From contig NIVC01000738.1 in assembly GCA_002269645.1 (NCBI GenBank), positions 391,516 through 455,515 on the forward strand: a stretch of 64,000 nucleotides of DNA, written 5' to 3'. The DNA comes from Macrostomum lignano (taxonomy: Eukaryota). Positions 1 to 12,300 of the stretch are shown one piece after another. Positions within the stretch are counted from its first letter, which is position 1; each line of letters starts with the position of its first letter. Under the pieces are notes generated by a model. The model saw only the letters and a program-made list of their open reading frames with translations, searched no databases and had not been told where the DNA came from. Position numbers and translations under genes: made by a program.

Positions 1-1307
1 CGCGGCTGCTGACAGGTTTGAGTGCTTGTATATGCGCACCCCACCACGTGCTAAGCAGAACCCGTAGCTGGTGAGCGACTGTTTTTGATGGTTGATTAGG
101 CTTTAGTCGTCATTGGTTGTACGGTTCTGCAGGGTCGTCTCGTCAGGTTATCGCTCGGGCAGCGGGTGAAGTGGAGTGGTTGGGATGCAAATCGGGGCGC
201 CGTCTGAGCTTCGTTGGGCGCTTAAATAGTCTTGTCCTGGGCACGACAGAAAACTGCAGCCATTGGGCGGTGAATTTCGCCACGGGGATTGGTCCTGGGC
301 AAGACCATAAACTGCAGCCAATGGGCGATAGACTTCGCTGAGTGGATGGAACGCCACGGGAGCGTGGGCGTGAATTAAATTATCGTCGGGGCACCCGATA
401 GAGATAAGCGTCGTGGAATATTGCGATAAGAATTCCGCTGTGGTGACAGTGGGGGTCGTGGCGCCCACCCTACCTTTTAGGAGGGGGGAGGTGCGGATAA
501 TTAAATCAGCGAGTAATAAAATTTTGCCAGCCGATAAGGTTCATGTCGAAAGTGTGTAATTTAATTAACTTGTGTAAAATGCGATAACGCGTCAATTCGT
601 TCGTGGTGATGGGCCATGCGTTTCTTTGTGTTGCATGCGTTTCTTTGTGTTGCATGCGTTTCTTTTTGTATCATTGTGTCTCAAGTGCGCGAGAATTAGT
701 TTCGTTTAGTTTTCTGCCGTGGAAATGTAATTTGAATTGAATTATTGAATTTGATGTTAATCGAATTTCGCCTAGTATTTTCAATCGTAGAAGAGTCGTG
801 TAATTGTTGCGAGAATTTCGTGTTCCGTCGAGACTTGTTTTTCATTGCTTTTGATTTGTTCATGGTAGAAATGTCGTGTTGCGTAAGAGAATTTTGCTTA
901 TGTACTTGATTTATAGTTTCATGTCGTGTCATGTGTCATGTTGTGCTTTGCATAGTAAACTGTATTAGTGTTTCGTTGCGTCTAATTTCTATAGTTATTC
1001 TCGTTCCGTTTTTGCGAATTTTGGTTTCCGTAAACGCGTATATAGTATTCATTTGCTTACTGGAAGTAGTATGTTATGCGTATTTCGAATTTTCCAAATT
1101 TTTCTTCTTTTGTACTCTATTTCTTTTAGGAGGGGGGAGTGTAGTGTGAGCATCTTTGCGTATATTTTGTTGTAAATTGACTGCATTAGTTTCTATATTG
1201 TTATTGAATTGTTATTTTGCTTTAGTTTAGTCATGCGTTTTTTGTGTACTTTTTCTAGTTGGTTGAAATCTAAAATTGTAAACAGGTTAGAGTTAGACGC
1301 CAAATTT
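1..1307 (-). mobile_element. PBS, long AT-rich 5' leader and degenerate gag-like start of the same LTR element
   Basis: PBS-like TGGCG at about 1302-1290. An ATG at 468 opens a 106-aa ORF, and further broken frames continue to the edge. No diagnostic gag motif was recognised. A 19-bp x3 tandem lies at 615-668. Confidence 0.4.
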
Positions 1308-2105
1308 TGTGACTCAGCGGAGGGTTGAGTTTGTCTGCGAACCCCAGCTTTGCGCGGCCAGCCAATCAGAACCGGCCTGGACCCTGGCACGCGGCAAGTT
1401 CCAATTCTACCCGGCGCCGCGGGCACAGTGCAATTCGGCTTAAGCAAGCGGCCGGCCAGACGACCACCACCCGGCTTGAGGGGGGTTTGAGGGGTTGTGA
1501 CTCTGACTATATATGAAAGTGTGTTTGGGCAATCGGATCTCGCTTGCTCCCTTTCCCCGGTTTTGTCTTGTCTAGTTCCCGGCCGGTGGCCCGATTTCTC
1601 CTCTCTTGTTGGTTCGCGCTTTGAGGCGCCTGAATTCATCACCCCCGGTCCGTATCTTTGTTCCCGCCCAACCGCAGTAGTCTTGTGGCGTAACGTCTAC
1701 GGCAAATTTCTGTCTGAAGTCGTCGCTATCAAGCGCGGTTAGATAGAGACTGTCGGATCTGATCAAGTACGCGGCCTCGACCCCGAGGGCCCCAGTGTTA
1801 CACTGAAGGGCAGTGCCGATAGAACTTAGTCGGTGCTCCGTTGAACGGTCGATTCGGCAGGGCTCTCGTTTGAGAGTAGGTTCTGGCTTAGGCCAGGGGT
1901 TAGGAGTCTTTCTCCGTGGTCCTGTGTTCGGTTCCTCCTTCCTCTTCTTCCTGCTGAGATCCGCTTGTCAGTGCGTAATATAATCATTATTATTAATCGT
2001 TACTATTCGTTATCATCAGTCTAATTATCTGCGTCGCGAATTGCTTGAATCCTGTAACTTGAGTAATCAAATTAAATCGTCTAGCCAATTATCAGTTGTA
2101 TCACA
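1308..2105 (-). mobile_element. 5' LTR (~800 bp) of an LTR retrotransposon that runs off the left edge of the window
   Basis: Bounded by TGTGA (1308) and TCACA (2105). On the minus strand it is followed by AAATT and then PBS-like TGGCGTCTAAC. Contains a CCAAT box. The second LTR is outside the window. Confidence 0.6.
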
Positions 2106-2653
2106 TAGGATTATCTTCTAATATACTAAAAATGAAATGCTTGGTTGCTTGCTTGTAATTGATTTTCTCCCGAACGGCTCAACCGATTTTCTTCAAACTT
2201 GCACCATTCGATCAGAAATTTTCCCGGGACGGTACATGCATATTGGCTAAGAAATTGCTCAATGTTAAAGGGATTAAATATTCGAAAAACATGATTTTTT
2301 GCAAAGGTCAAGCAGCTCTTTCGACCTGAAATGCATTGTAAGAATGCTAGAGAAAAATCTGACTGGTTGAATTCTGATTCTGAAATAGATTGCATCACAA
2401 TACACTTTATTTATCGTCTGTGTACTGGCTGAATTTGACACTCAATTGAATTGCGTCACAGCTTTGAGGGTGAAAGTATAGTGCAGTACTGAATTTATAT
2501 TACGTAACCATATTGTTAACTTTCATAGACACTGGTACTGACTTGCCTAAGAAATTGATTATGTCATAACTGCTTCGCGTGACTTTTTACTCTACCTGAC
2601 TTGGTGTGAGTGTTGAATTATATAAGTGGTACAAATTCACTGATAACTTCGAT

Positions 2654-2713
2654 GAGAGCTAGCCTAGAGCTAAACAGACAAGACTGCTAATGCAGCGACC
2701 TGGGTTCGAATCT
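2654..2713 (+). promoter_or_regulatory. tRNA-like Pol III A-box/B-box motif, copy 1 of 7 (others at about 6126, 9225, 15345, 20791, 27836, 30405)
   Basis: GAGAGCTAGCCTAGAGCTAAACAGACAAGACTGCTAATGCAGCGACCTGGGTTCGAATCT: A-box-like TAGCCTAGAG, anticodon-loop-like CTGCTAA, B-box GGTTCGAATC. The stems pair poorly, so this is not a functional tRNA. Confidence 0.5.
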
Positions 2714-2785
2714 AAGTAGTTTAAAAGTAGTAGTGTAAAATTTTTTATTAAAAGCTTTTATTAAAGGACTAAATAAAAACACTTA

Positions 2786-5700
2786 GATTACTGCACTCGA
2801 TAAGCTAAGGATTATTGCTCTTGGCAAACCAAGGAATACTGCACTCGATAAGCCAAGGATTATTGCTCTTGGCAAACCAAGGATTACTGCACTCGATAAG
2901 CCATGGATTATTGCTATTAATAAACCAAGGATTACTGCACTCGATAAGCCAAGGATTATTGCTATTAATAAACCATGAATTACTGCACTCGATAAGCCAA
3001 GGATTATTGCTATTAATAAACCAAGGATTACTGCACTCATAAGCCATGGATTATTGCTATTAATAAACCAAGGATTACTGCACTCGATAAGCCAAGGATT
3101 ATTGCTATTAATAAACCAAGGATTACTGCACTCGATAAGCCATGGATTATTGCTATTAATAAACCAAGGATTACTGCACTCGATAAGCCAAGGACTATTG
3201 CTATTAATAAACCAAGGATTACTGCACTCAATAAACCAAGGACTATTGCTCTTGGCAAACCAAGGATTACTGCACTCGATAAGCCAAGGACTATTGCTCT
3301 TGGCAAACCAAGGATTACTGCACTCGATAAGCCATGGATTATTGCTATTAATAAACCAAGGATTACTGCACTCGATAAGCCAAGGATTATTGCTATTAAT
3401 AAACTAAGGATTACTGCACTCGATAAACCAAGGATTATTGCTATTAATAAACCAAGGATTATGCACTTGGCAAACCAAGGATTACTGCAATCGATAAGCC
3501 AAGGATTATTGCTATTAATAAACCAAGGATTACTGCACTCGATAAGCCAAGGATTATTGCTATTAATAAACCATGAATTACTGCACTCGATAAGCCAAGG
3601 ATTATTGCTATTAATAAACCAAGGATTACTGCACTCATAAGCCATGGATTATTGCTATTAATAAACCAAGGATTACTGCACTCGATAAGCCAAGGATTAT
3701 TGCTATTAATAAACCAAGGATTACTGCACTCGATAAGCCATGGATTATTGCTATTAATAAACCAAGGATTACTGCACTCGATAAGCCAAGGACTATTGCT
3801 CTTGGCAAACCAAGGATTACTGCACTCGATAAGCCAAGGACTATTGCTCTTGGCAAACCAAGGATTACTGCACTCGATAAGCCAAGGACTATTGCTCTTG
3901 GCAAACCAAGGATTACTGCACTCGATAAGCCATGGATTATTGCTATTAATAAACCAAGGATTACTGCACTCGATAAGCCAAGGATTATTGCTATTAATAA
4001 ACTAAGGATTACTGCACTCGATAAACCAAGGATTATTGCTATTAATAAACCAAGGATTATGCACTTGGCAAACCAAGGATTACTGCAATCGATAAGCCAA
4101 GGATTATTGCTATTAATAAACCAAGCATTACTGCACTCAATAAACCAAGGACTATTGCTATTAATAAACCAAGGATTACTGCACTCAAAAAACCAAGGAC
4201 TATTGCTCTTGGCAAACCAAGGATTACTGCACTCGATAAGCCAAGGATTATTGCTATTAATAAACCAAGGATTACTGCACTCGATAAGCCATGGATTATT
4301 GCTATTAATAAACCAAGGATTACTGCACTCGATAAGCCAAGGACTATTGCTATTAATAAACCAAGGATTACTGCACTCAATAAACCAAGGACTATTGCTC
4401 TTGGCAAACCAAGGATTACTGCACTCGATAAGCCAAGGACTATTGCTCTTGGCAAACCAAGGATTACTGCACTCGATAAGCCAAGGACTATTGCTCTTGG
4501 CAAACCAAGGATTACTGCACTCGATAAGCCATGGATTATTGCTATTAATAAACCAAGGATTACTGCACTCGATAAGCCAAGGATTATTGCTATTAATAAA
4601 CTAAGGATTACTGCACTCGATAAACCAAGGATTATTGCTATTAATAAACCAAGGATTATGCACTTGGCAAACCAAGGATTACTGCAATCGATAAGCCAAG
4701 GATTATTGCTATTAATAAACCAAGCATTACTGCACTCAATAAACCAAGGACTATTGCTATTAATAAACCAAGGATTACTGCACTCAAAAACCAAGGACTA
4801 TTGCTCTTGGCAAACCAAGGATTACTGCACTCGATAAGCCAAGGATTATTGCTATTAATAAACCAAGGATTACTGCACTCGATAAGCCATGGATTATTGC
4901 TATTAATAAACCAAGGATTACTGCACTCGATAAGCCAAGGACTATTGCTATTAATAAACCAAGGATTACTGCACTCAATAAACCAAGGACTATTGCTCTT
5001 GGCAAACCAAGGATTACTGCACTCGATAAGCCAAGGACTATTGCTCTTGGCAAACCAAGGATTACTGCACTCGATGAGCCATGGATTATTGCTATTAATA
5101 AACCAAGGATTACTGCACTCGATAAGCCAAGGATTATTGCTATTAATAAACTAAGGATTACTGCACTCGATAAACCAAGGATTATTGCTATTAATAAACC
5201 AAGGATTATGCACTTGGCAAACCAAGGATTACTGCAATCGATAAGCCAAGGATTATTGCTATTAATAAACCAAGCATTACTGCACTCAATAAACCAAGGA
5301 CTATTGCTATTAATAAACCAAGGATTACTGCACTCAAAAAACCAAGGACTATTGCTCTTGGCAAACCAAGGATTACTGCACTCGATAAGCCAAGGATTAT
5401 TGCTATTAATAAACCAAGGATTACTGCACTCGATAAGCCAAGGATTATTGCTATTAATAAACCAAGGATTACTGCACTCGATAAGCCAAGGATTATTGCT
5501 ATTAATAAACCAAGGATTACTGCACTCGATAAACCAAGGATTATTGCTATTAATAAACCAAGGATTATGCACTTGGCAAACCAAGGATTACTGCACTCGA
5601 TAAGCCAAGGATTATTGCTATTAATAAACCAAGGATTACTGCACTCGATAAGGCATGGATTATTGCTATTAATAAACCAAGGATTACTGCACTCGATAAG

Positions 5701-5869
5701 CCAAGGATTATTGCTATTAATAAACCATGAATTACTGCACTCGATAAGCCAAGGATTATTGCTATTAATAAACCAAGGATTACTGCACTCGATAAGCCAT
5801 GGATTATTGCTATTAATAAACCAAGGATTACTGCACTCGATAGCCAAGGATTACTGCGCTTGATAAGCT
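2786..5869. repeat. Minisatellite A: 24-bp monomers, mostly as a 48-bp dimer (AAACCAAGGATTACTGCACTCGAT / AAGCCAAGGATTATTGCTATTAAT)
   Basis: Direct reading. Block duplications are seen as near-identical ORFs 598 and 1149 bp apart. Confidence 0.95.
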
Positions 5870-5904
5870 TGGCTACATGTATAGGATTATTTCTATCCAG
5901 GGAT

Positions 5905-6082
5905 GCTTGCTATTTAGGGATTCTTGCTATGTGCAGGATGCTTGCTATCTGGAAGGATGCTTCTACATTATTTGGGGTATGCTTGCTATCTGCAAGATGC
6001 TTGCTATCTGCAGATGCTTGCTATCTGGGTGGATGCTTGCTAGGAGTATTAGGGGATGCTTGCTACTGGGGGATGCTTGCTG
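5905..6082. repeat. Minisatellite D (GGATGCTTGCTATCT core, ~17-19 bp), degenerate copy in U1
   Basis: Direct reading. Confidence 0.8.
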
Positions 6083-6242
6083 TCTTGGGAATATTTTCTA
6101 TTTAGGGGTAATGACTAAAATTCATGAGAGCTAGCCTAGAGGTAAACAGACTAAACTGCTAAATGCAGGGACGATGGTTCGAATTTTTAGAGAGTAGAGT
6201 TTTTTTAATTAAAGCCTTTTAACGCCAAGACAAAAAAAATTA

Positions 6243-7165
6243 TGGAAGCGTCATGTAAACAATCATACAAGCGTCATGTAAACAATCATAGAAGCGTCAT
6301 GTAAACAATCATAGAAGCGTCATGTAAAAATCATAGAAGCGTCATGTAAAAATCATAGAAGCGTAATGTAAACAATCATAGAAGCGTCATGTTAAAATCA
6401 TAAAAGCGTCATGTAAACAATCATACAAGCGTCATGTAAACAATCATAGAAGCGTCATGTAAAAAAATCATAGAAGCGTCATGTTAAAATCATAAAAGCG
6501 TCATAAAAAATCATAGAAGCGTCATGCAAGCAATCATAGAAGCGTAATGTAAACAATCATAGAAGCGTCATGTTAAAATCATACAAGCGTCATGTAAACA
6601 ATCATACAAGCGTCATGTAAACAATCATAGAAGCGTCATGTAAAAAAATCATAGAAGCGTCATGTTAAAATCATAGAAGCGTCATGTAAACAATCATAGA
6701 AGCGTCATGTAAACAATCATAGAAGCGTCATGTAAAAATCATAAAAGCGTCATGTAAACAATCATAGAAGCGTCATGTAAACAATCATAAAAGCGTCATG
6801 TAAACAATCATAGAAGCGCCATGTAAAAAATCATAGAAGCGTCATGTAAACAATCATAGAAGCGTCATGTATACAATCATAGAAGCGTCATGTAAGCAAT
6901 CATAGAAGCGTCATGTAAAAATCATAGAAGCGTCATGTAAAAATCATAGAAGCGTCATGTAAAAATCATAGAAGCGTCATGTAAAAAATCATAGAAGCGT
7001 CATGTAAAAATCATAAAAGCGTCATGTAAAAAATCATAGAAGCGCCATGTAAACAATCATACAAGCGTCATGTAAACAATCATAGAAGCGTCATGTAAAA
7101 ATCATACAAGCGTCATGTAAACAAGCATAGAAGCGTCATGAAAAAATTATAGAAGCCTCATATAA
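6243..7165. repeat. Minisatellite B (~23 bp, AATCATAGAAGCGTCATGTAAAC/AA)
   Basis: Direct reading. Confidence 0.95.
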
Positions 7166-8104
7166 AAACTAATGAAAGTGTGTCATTTAAAAAATTAAGA
7201 AGCATCATGGAAGAATAAAAGAAGCGTAACGTAAAAATCAAAAGAAACGTCATGTCAGACATGAAAGAAATGTCATATAAAAATTAAATGAAGCTATAGT
7301 ACAGTGCTGTGCTGGGGAGAATTACTGAGACGTCAAGGCTCACAGAGAATAACTGAGATTACAGGGGGGTTTCTGAGATGTTAAAGCAAAAGTCAGAAGC
7401 TACTTCAAAGTACATGTACTTTACTTAAGTTTTTTATTGCATTCTTTGTTGGCTTGCCACGGTGGGGGGGGCGCTGATAGAAGAAGAGTCATGTAAAAAT
7501 AAAAGGAGCACTATGTATACATAAAATAAAAGTCATGTCAAAGTTAAAAGATTCATTTGGGAATTGCTACGATGTCAAAGCTTGGAGGGAATCGTTATAG
7601 TGCTGTGATTCTTAAAGAAGGAATCACTTAAATGCCAAGGCTTAGGGAAGAAGAATTGCTGTGATTTCAAGGCTTTAGGTTGGGTGAAAGTTAGGTTTAC
7701 GTCAGGTTTGGGTTGAGGGTTAGATTTTAGCGCGTTTCAAGGTTAACAGGGGATTTTTTAGATTTCAAGGTTTATGGGGGCATCGCTGACATGTCAAGGC
7801 TTACGAGGGGAATCTATCTATCTATCTATAGCTGAGATGTCAAGGCTCACGGGGAATAAATGAGATGTCAAGGCTAATGTCAGAAGCTACATGTAGTTTA
7901 TTGGAAAAAAGTTATTACATTATTTGTTGGCTCCTCACGGGAGGGATCGCTGATAGAAAAAGCGTAATGTAAAAAAAAGAAGCTTCATGTCAAAGTTAAG
8001 AGATTCATTTGGGAATCCCTACGATGTCGAGGCTTGCAGGGAATCGCTATAATGCTGTAGTAGTGCTATAGACTCTTAGAGAGAATTACTGAAATTTCAA
8101 TGCT

Positions 8105-8138
8105 TTAGGGTTAGGGTTAGGGTTAGGGTTAGGGTTAG
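8105..8138 (+). repeat. Interstitial (TTAGGG)5 tract
   Basis: Direct reading, in the tail of U1. Confidence 0.9.
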
Positions 8139-9351
8139 AAAATAGACAGATTTTTTAAGATTTCAAGGCTTGTGGGAGCATTGCTGAGATGTCAAGGGGG
8201 GAGTTGATATGTTAAGGCTTGTGGGGGGGATTGCTGACATGTCAAGGCTTACAAGGGTACTGGTAGCGTACTGAAGCATACTGGTAGAAGTAGCTCTGAA
8301 AGAAGGCAAGTATGGTTGAATTTCAATGTCTGTTATAAAATTCTGCACAAACATGTTTTATTGGTACATAAGCCTGGAATTAAAATGAGAATTCGATTCC
8401 TAGCCCCCTCCCTAAGAATTTTTTTTCATTTAAAAGGATTCGTCCCTTGCTTATTGGCCACCCGAAGGCCATTTTTTATCAAAAATGATAAAAATAATTT
8501 TTATCAAACACGTTGACATATACAGGGCTCTAAACTAAAAACTGTAAAAAGTTGATAGTTTTGTTTTACCTAAAATGCGTTATTAACGATCTCCAAAAAT
8601 TCCTATTTTAAGCTTAAGCTTAAGAAAAACACTTAAAGTACTCCTGCTAAAAGGTATATTATATTAGACGAATATTAATTATTTCTGCTCCCCGAAGGGG
8701 GGCAAAACTTTAGCTAGTCTAAATATACTAAATCTCTAATTCCTATATACTAAAAATGTGATGTCTATATATATGTGATAGATTAGAGAAAAAATGGCTG
8801 GACCGATTTTGTTCGAACTTGCACTGTTCGATCAGAAATTTTCCCGTGACTGTACATGCGTCGTGGCTAAGAAATTGTTCCATGCTAAAGGCATTAAATA
8901 TTCGAAAAACATGCTTTTTTGCAAAGGTCAAGCAGCTCTTTCGACTTGAAATGCATTGTAAGAATGCTAGAGAAAAAACTGACTGGTTGAATTCTGACTC
9001 TGAAATAGATTGCATCATAACTGAATTGTAACTCCGACTTGAATTGAAAATGCAGTGTGGAAGCGTAGCACCAGACTTGATTTAAATTGCGTAACCATAT
9101 TGTTAACTGATACTGACTGACTGAGAAACTGATTATGTCATAACTGCTTCGTGTGATTTACTCTATGCTTGGATTTTAAAGTGTTGAATTATATAAGTGC
9201 AAAATTTGATGTTATCAAAACGATGAGAGCTAGCCTAGAGGTGAACAAACTGAACTGCTAAATGCAGCGACGATGGTTCGAATTTTCATAGAGTATAATT
9301 TTTTTAATTTAAGCTTTTCAACGTCAGGAAAACTAAAAGACTTTTTAAAAA

Positions 9352-12300
9352 GAATCGTCATGTAAAAATCGTAGAAGCGTCGTGTAAACAATCAGAGAAG
9401 CGTCATGTAAAAATCGTAGAAGCGTCATGTAAACAATCATAGAAGCGTCATGTAAAGAATCGTAGAAGCGTCATGTAAACAATCATAGAAGCGTCATGTA
9501 AAAAATCATAGTAGCGTCATGTAAAGAATCATAGAAGCGTCATGTAAACAATCATAGAAGCGTCATTTAAAAAATCATAGAAGCGTCATGTAAAAAATCA
9601 TAGAAGCGTCATGTAAACAATCATAGAAGCGACATGTAAAAAATCGTAGAAGCGTCATGTAAAAAATCATAGAAGCGTCATGTAAAAAATCATAGAAGCG
9701 TCATGTAAACAATCATAGAAGCGTCATGTAAAAATCATAGAAGCGCATGTAAAAAATCATAGAAGCGTCATGTAAAAATCATAGAAGCGTCATGTAAACA
9801 ATCATAGAAGCGTCATTTAAAAATCATAGAAGCGTCATGTAAGCAATCATAGAAGCGTCATGTAAAAATCATAAAAGCGTCATGTAAACAATCATAGAAG
9901 CGTCATGTAAAAATCGTAGCAGCGTCATGAAAAAATCATAGAAGCGTCATGTAAGCAATCATAGAAGCGTCATGTAAACAATCATAGAAGCGTCATGTAA
10001 ACAATCAAGAAGCGTCATGTAAAAATCATAGAAGCGTCATGTAAACAATCATAGAAGCGTCATGTAAACAATCATAGAAGCGCATATAAAAATCATAGAA
10101 GCGTCATGTAAAAATCATAGAAGCGTCATGTAAAAAATCATAGAAGCGCATGTAAAAAATCATAGAAGCGTCATTTAAAAAACATAGAAGCGTCATGTAA
10201 AAATCATAAAAGCGTCATGTAAACAATCATAGAAGCGTCATGTAAAAATCGTAGCAGCGTCATGAAAAAATCATAGAAGCGTCATGTAAACAATCATAGA
10301 AGCGTCATGTAAACAATCATAGAAGCGTCATGTAAACAATCATAGAAGCGTCATGTAAACAATCATAGAAGCGTCATGTAAAAAATCATAGAAGCGTCAT
10401 GTAAGCAATCATAGAAGCGTCATGTAAACAATCATAGAAGCGTCATGTAAACAATCATAGAAGCGTCATGTAAAAAATCATAGAAGCGTCATGTAAACAA
10501 TCATAGAAGCGTCATGTAAACAATCATAGAAGCGTCATGTAAAAAATCATAGAAGCGTCATGTAAAAAATCATAGAAGCGTCATGTAAACAATCATAGAA
10601 GCGTCATGTAAAAAATCATAGAAGCGCCATGTAAAAATCATAGAAGCGTCATTAAAAAACATAGAAGCGTCATGTAAAAATCATAAAGCGTCATGTAAAC
10701 AATCATAGAAGCGTCATGTAAAAATCATAGAGCGTCATGAAAAAATCATAGAAGCGTCATGTAACAATCATAGAAGCGTCATGTAAACAATCATAGAAGC
10801 GTCATGTAAACAATCATAGAAGCGTCATGTAAAAATCGTAGAAGCGTCATGTAAAAAATCATAGAAGCGTCATGTAAACAATCATAGAAGCGTCATGTAA
10901 ACAATCATAGAAGCGTCATGTAAACAATCATAGAAGCGTCATGTAAAAAATCATAGAAGCGTCATGTAAACAATCATAGAAGCGTCATGTAAACAATCAA
11001 GAAGCGTCATGTAAAAAATCATAGAAGCGTCATGTAAACAATCATAGAAGCGTCATGTAAACAATCATAGAAGCGTCATGTAAAAAATCATAGAAGCGTC
11101 ATGTAAAAAATCATAGAAGCGTCATGTAAAAATCATAGAAGCGTCATTAAAAATCATAGAAGCGTCATGTAAAAATCATAAAGCGTCATGTAAACAATCA
11201 TAGAAGCGTCATGTAAAAATCGTAGAAGCGTCATGAAAAAATCATAGAAGCGTCATGTAAGCAATCATAGAAGCGTCATGTAAACAATCATAGAAGCGTC
11301 ATGTAAACAATCATAGAAGCGTCATGTAAAAATCATAGAAGCGTCATGTAAAAAATCATAGAAGCGTCATGTAAACAATCATAGAAGCGTCATGTAAACA
11401 ATCATAGAAGCGTCATGTAAACAATCATAGAAGCGTCATGTAAAAAATCATAGAAGCGTCATGTAAAAAATCATAGAAGCGTCATGTAAACAATCATAGA
11501 AGCGTCATGTAAAAATCATAGAAGCGTCATGTAAAAAATCATAGAAGCGTCATTAAAAAATCATAGAAGCGTCATGTAAAAATCATAGAAGCGTCATGTA
11601 AACAATCATAGAAGCGTCATGTAAAAATCATAGAAGCGTCATGAAAAATCATAGAAGCGTCATGTAAAAATCATAGAAGCGTCATGTAAACAATCATAGA
11701 AGCGTCATGTAAACAATCATAGAAGCGTCATGTAACAATCATAGAAGCGTCATGTAAACAATCATAGAAGCGTCATGTAAACAATCATAGAAGCGTCATG
11801 TAAAAAATCATAGAAGCGTCATGTAAAATCATAGAAGCGTCATGTAAACAATCATAGAAGCGTCATGTAAAAATCATAGAAGCGTCATGTAAAAAATCAT
11901 AGAAGCGTCATGTAAACAATCATAGAAGCGTCATGTAAAAATCATAGAAGCGTCATTAAAAAATCATAGAAGCGTCATTAAAAATCATAAAGCGTCATGT
12001 AAAAATCATAAAGCGTCATGTAAACAATCATAGAAGCGTCATGTAAAAATCATAGAAGCGTCATTAAAAATCATAGAAGCGTCATGTAAACAATCATAGA
12101 AGCGTCATGTAAACAATCATAGAAGCGTCATGTAAAAAATCATAGAAGCGTCATTAAAAAATCATAGAAGCGTCATGTAAACAATCATAGAAGCGTCATG
12201 TAAAAATCATAGAAGCGTCATGTAAAAATCATAGAAGCGTCATTAAAAATCATAGAAGCGTCATGTAAAAATCATAGAAGCGTCATGTAAACAATCATAG

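Larger units (their letters stand above)
2114..8717 (+). mobile_element. Non-autonomous Helitron-like unit U1 (head - tRNA-like - satA - satD - tRNA-like - satB - tail with TTAGGG - terminator)
   Basis: 5' A|TCTTCTAATATACTAAAAATG. Conserved head motif AACGGCTCAACCGATTTTCTTCAAACTTGCAC. 3' hairpin CCCCGAAGGGGGG (8687-8703), then CTAG (8714-8717). No TSD. Confidence 0.75.

Noticed and set aside
2126-2398. Recurrent short ORFs in the Helitron heads (also 8743, 14756, 27347, 29943)
   Set aside because: Start and stop positions differ among copies and there are no Rep/helicase motifs, so this is non-coding repeat sequence.
2654-2713. Functional tRNA-Ser gene
   Set aside because: The acceptor, anticodon and T stems do not pair. 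Kept only as a tRNA-like promoter motif.
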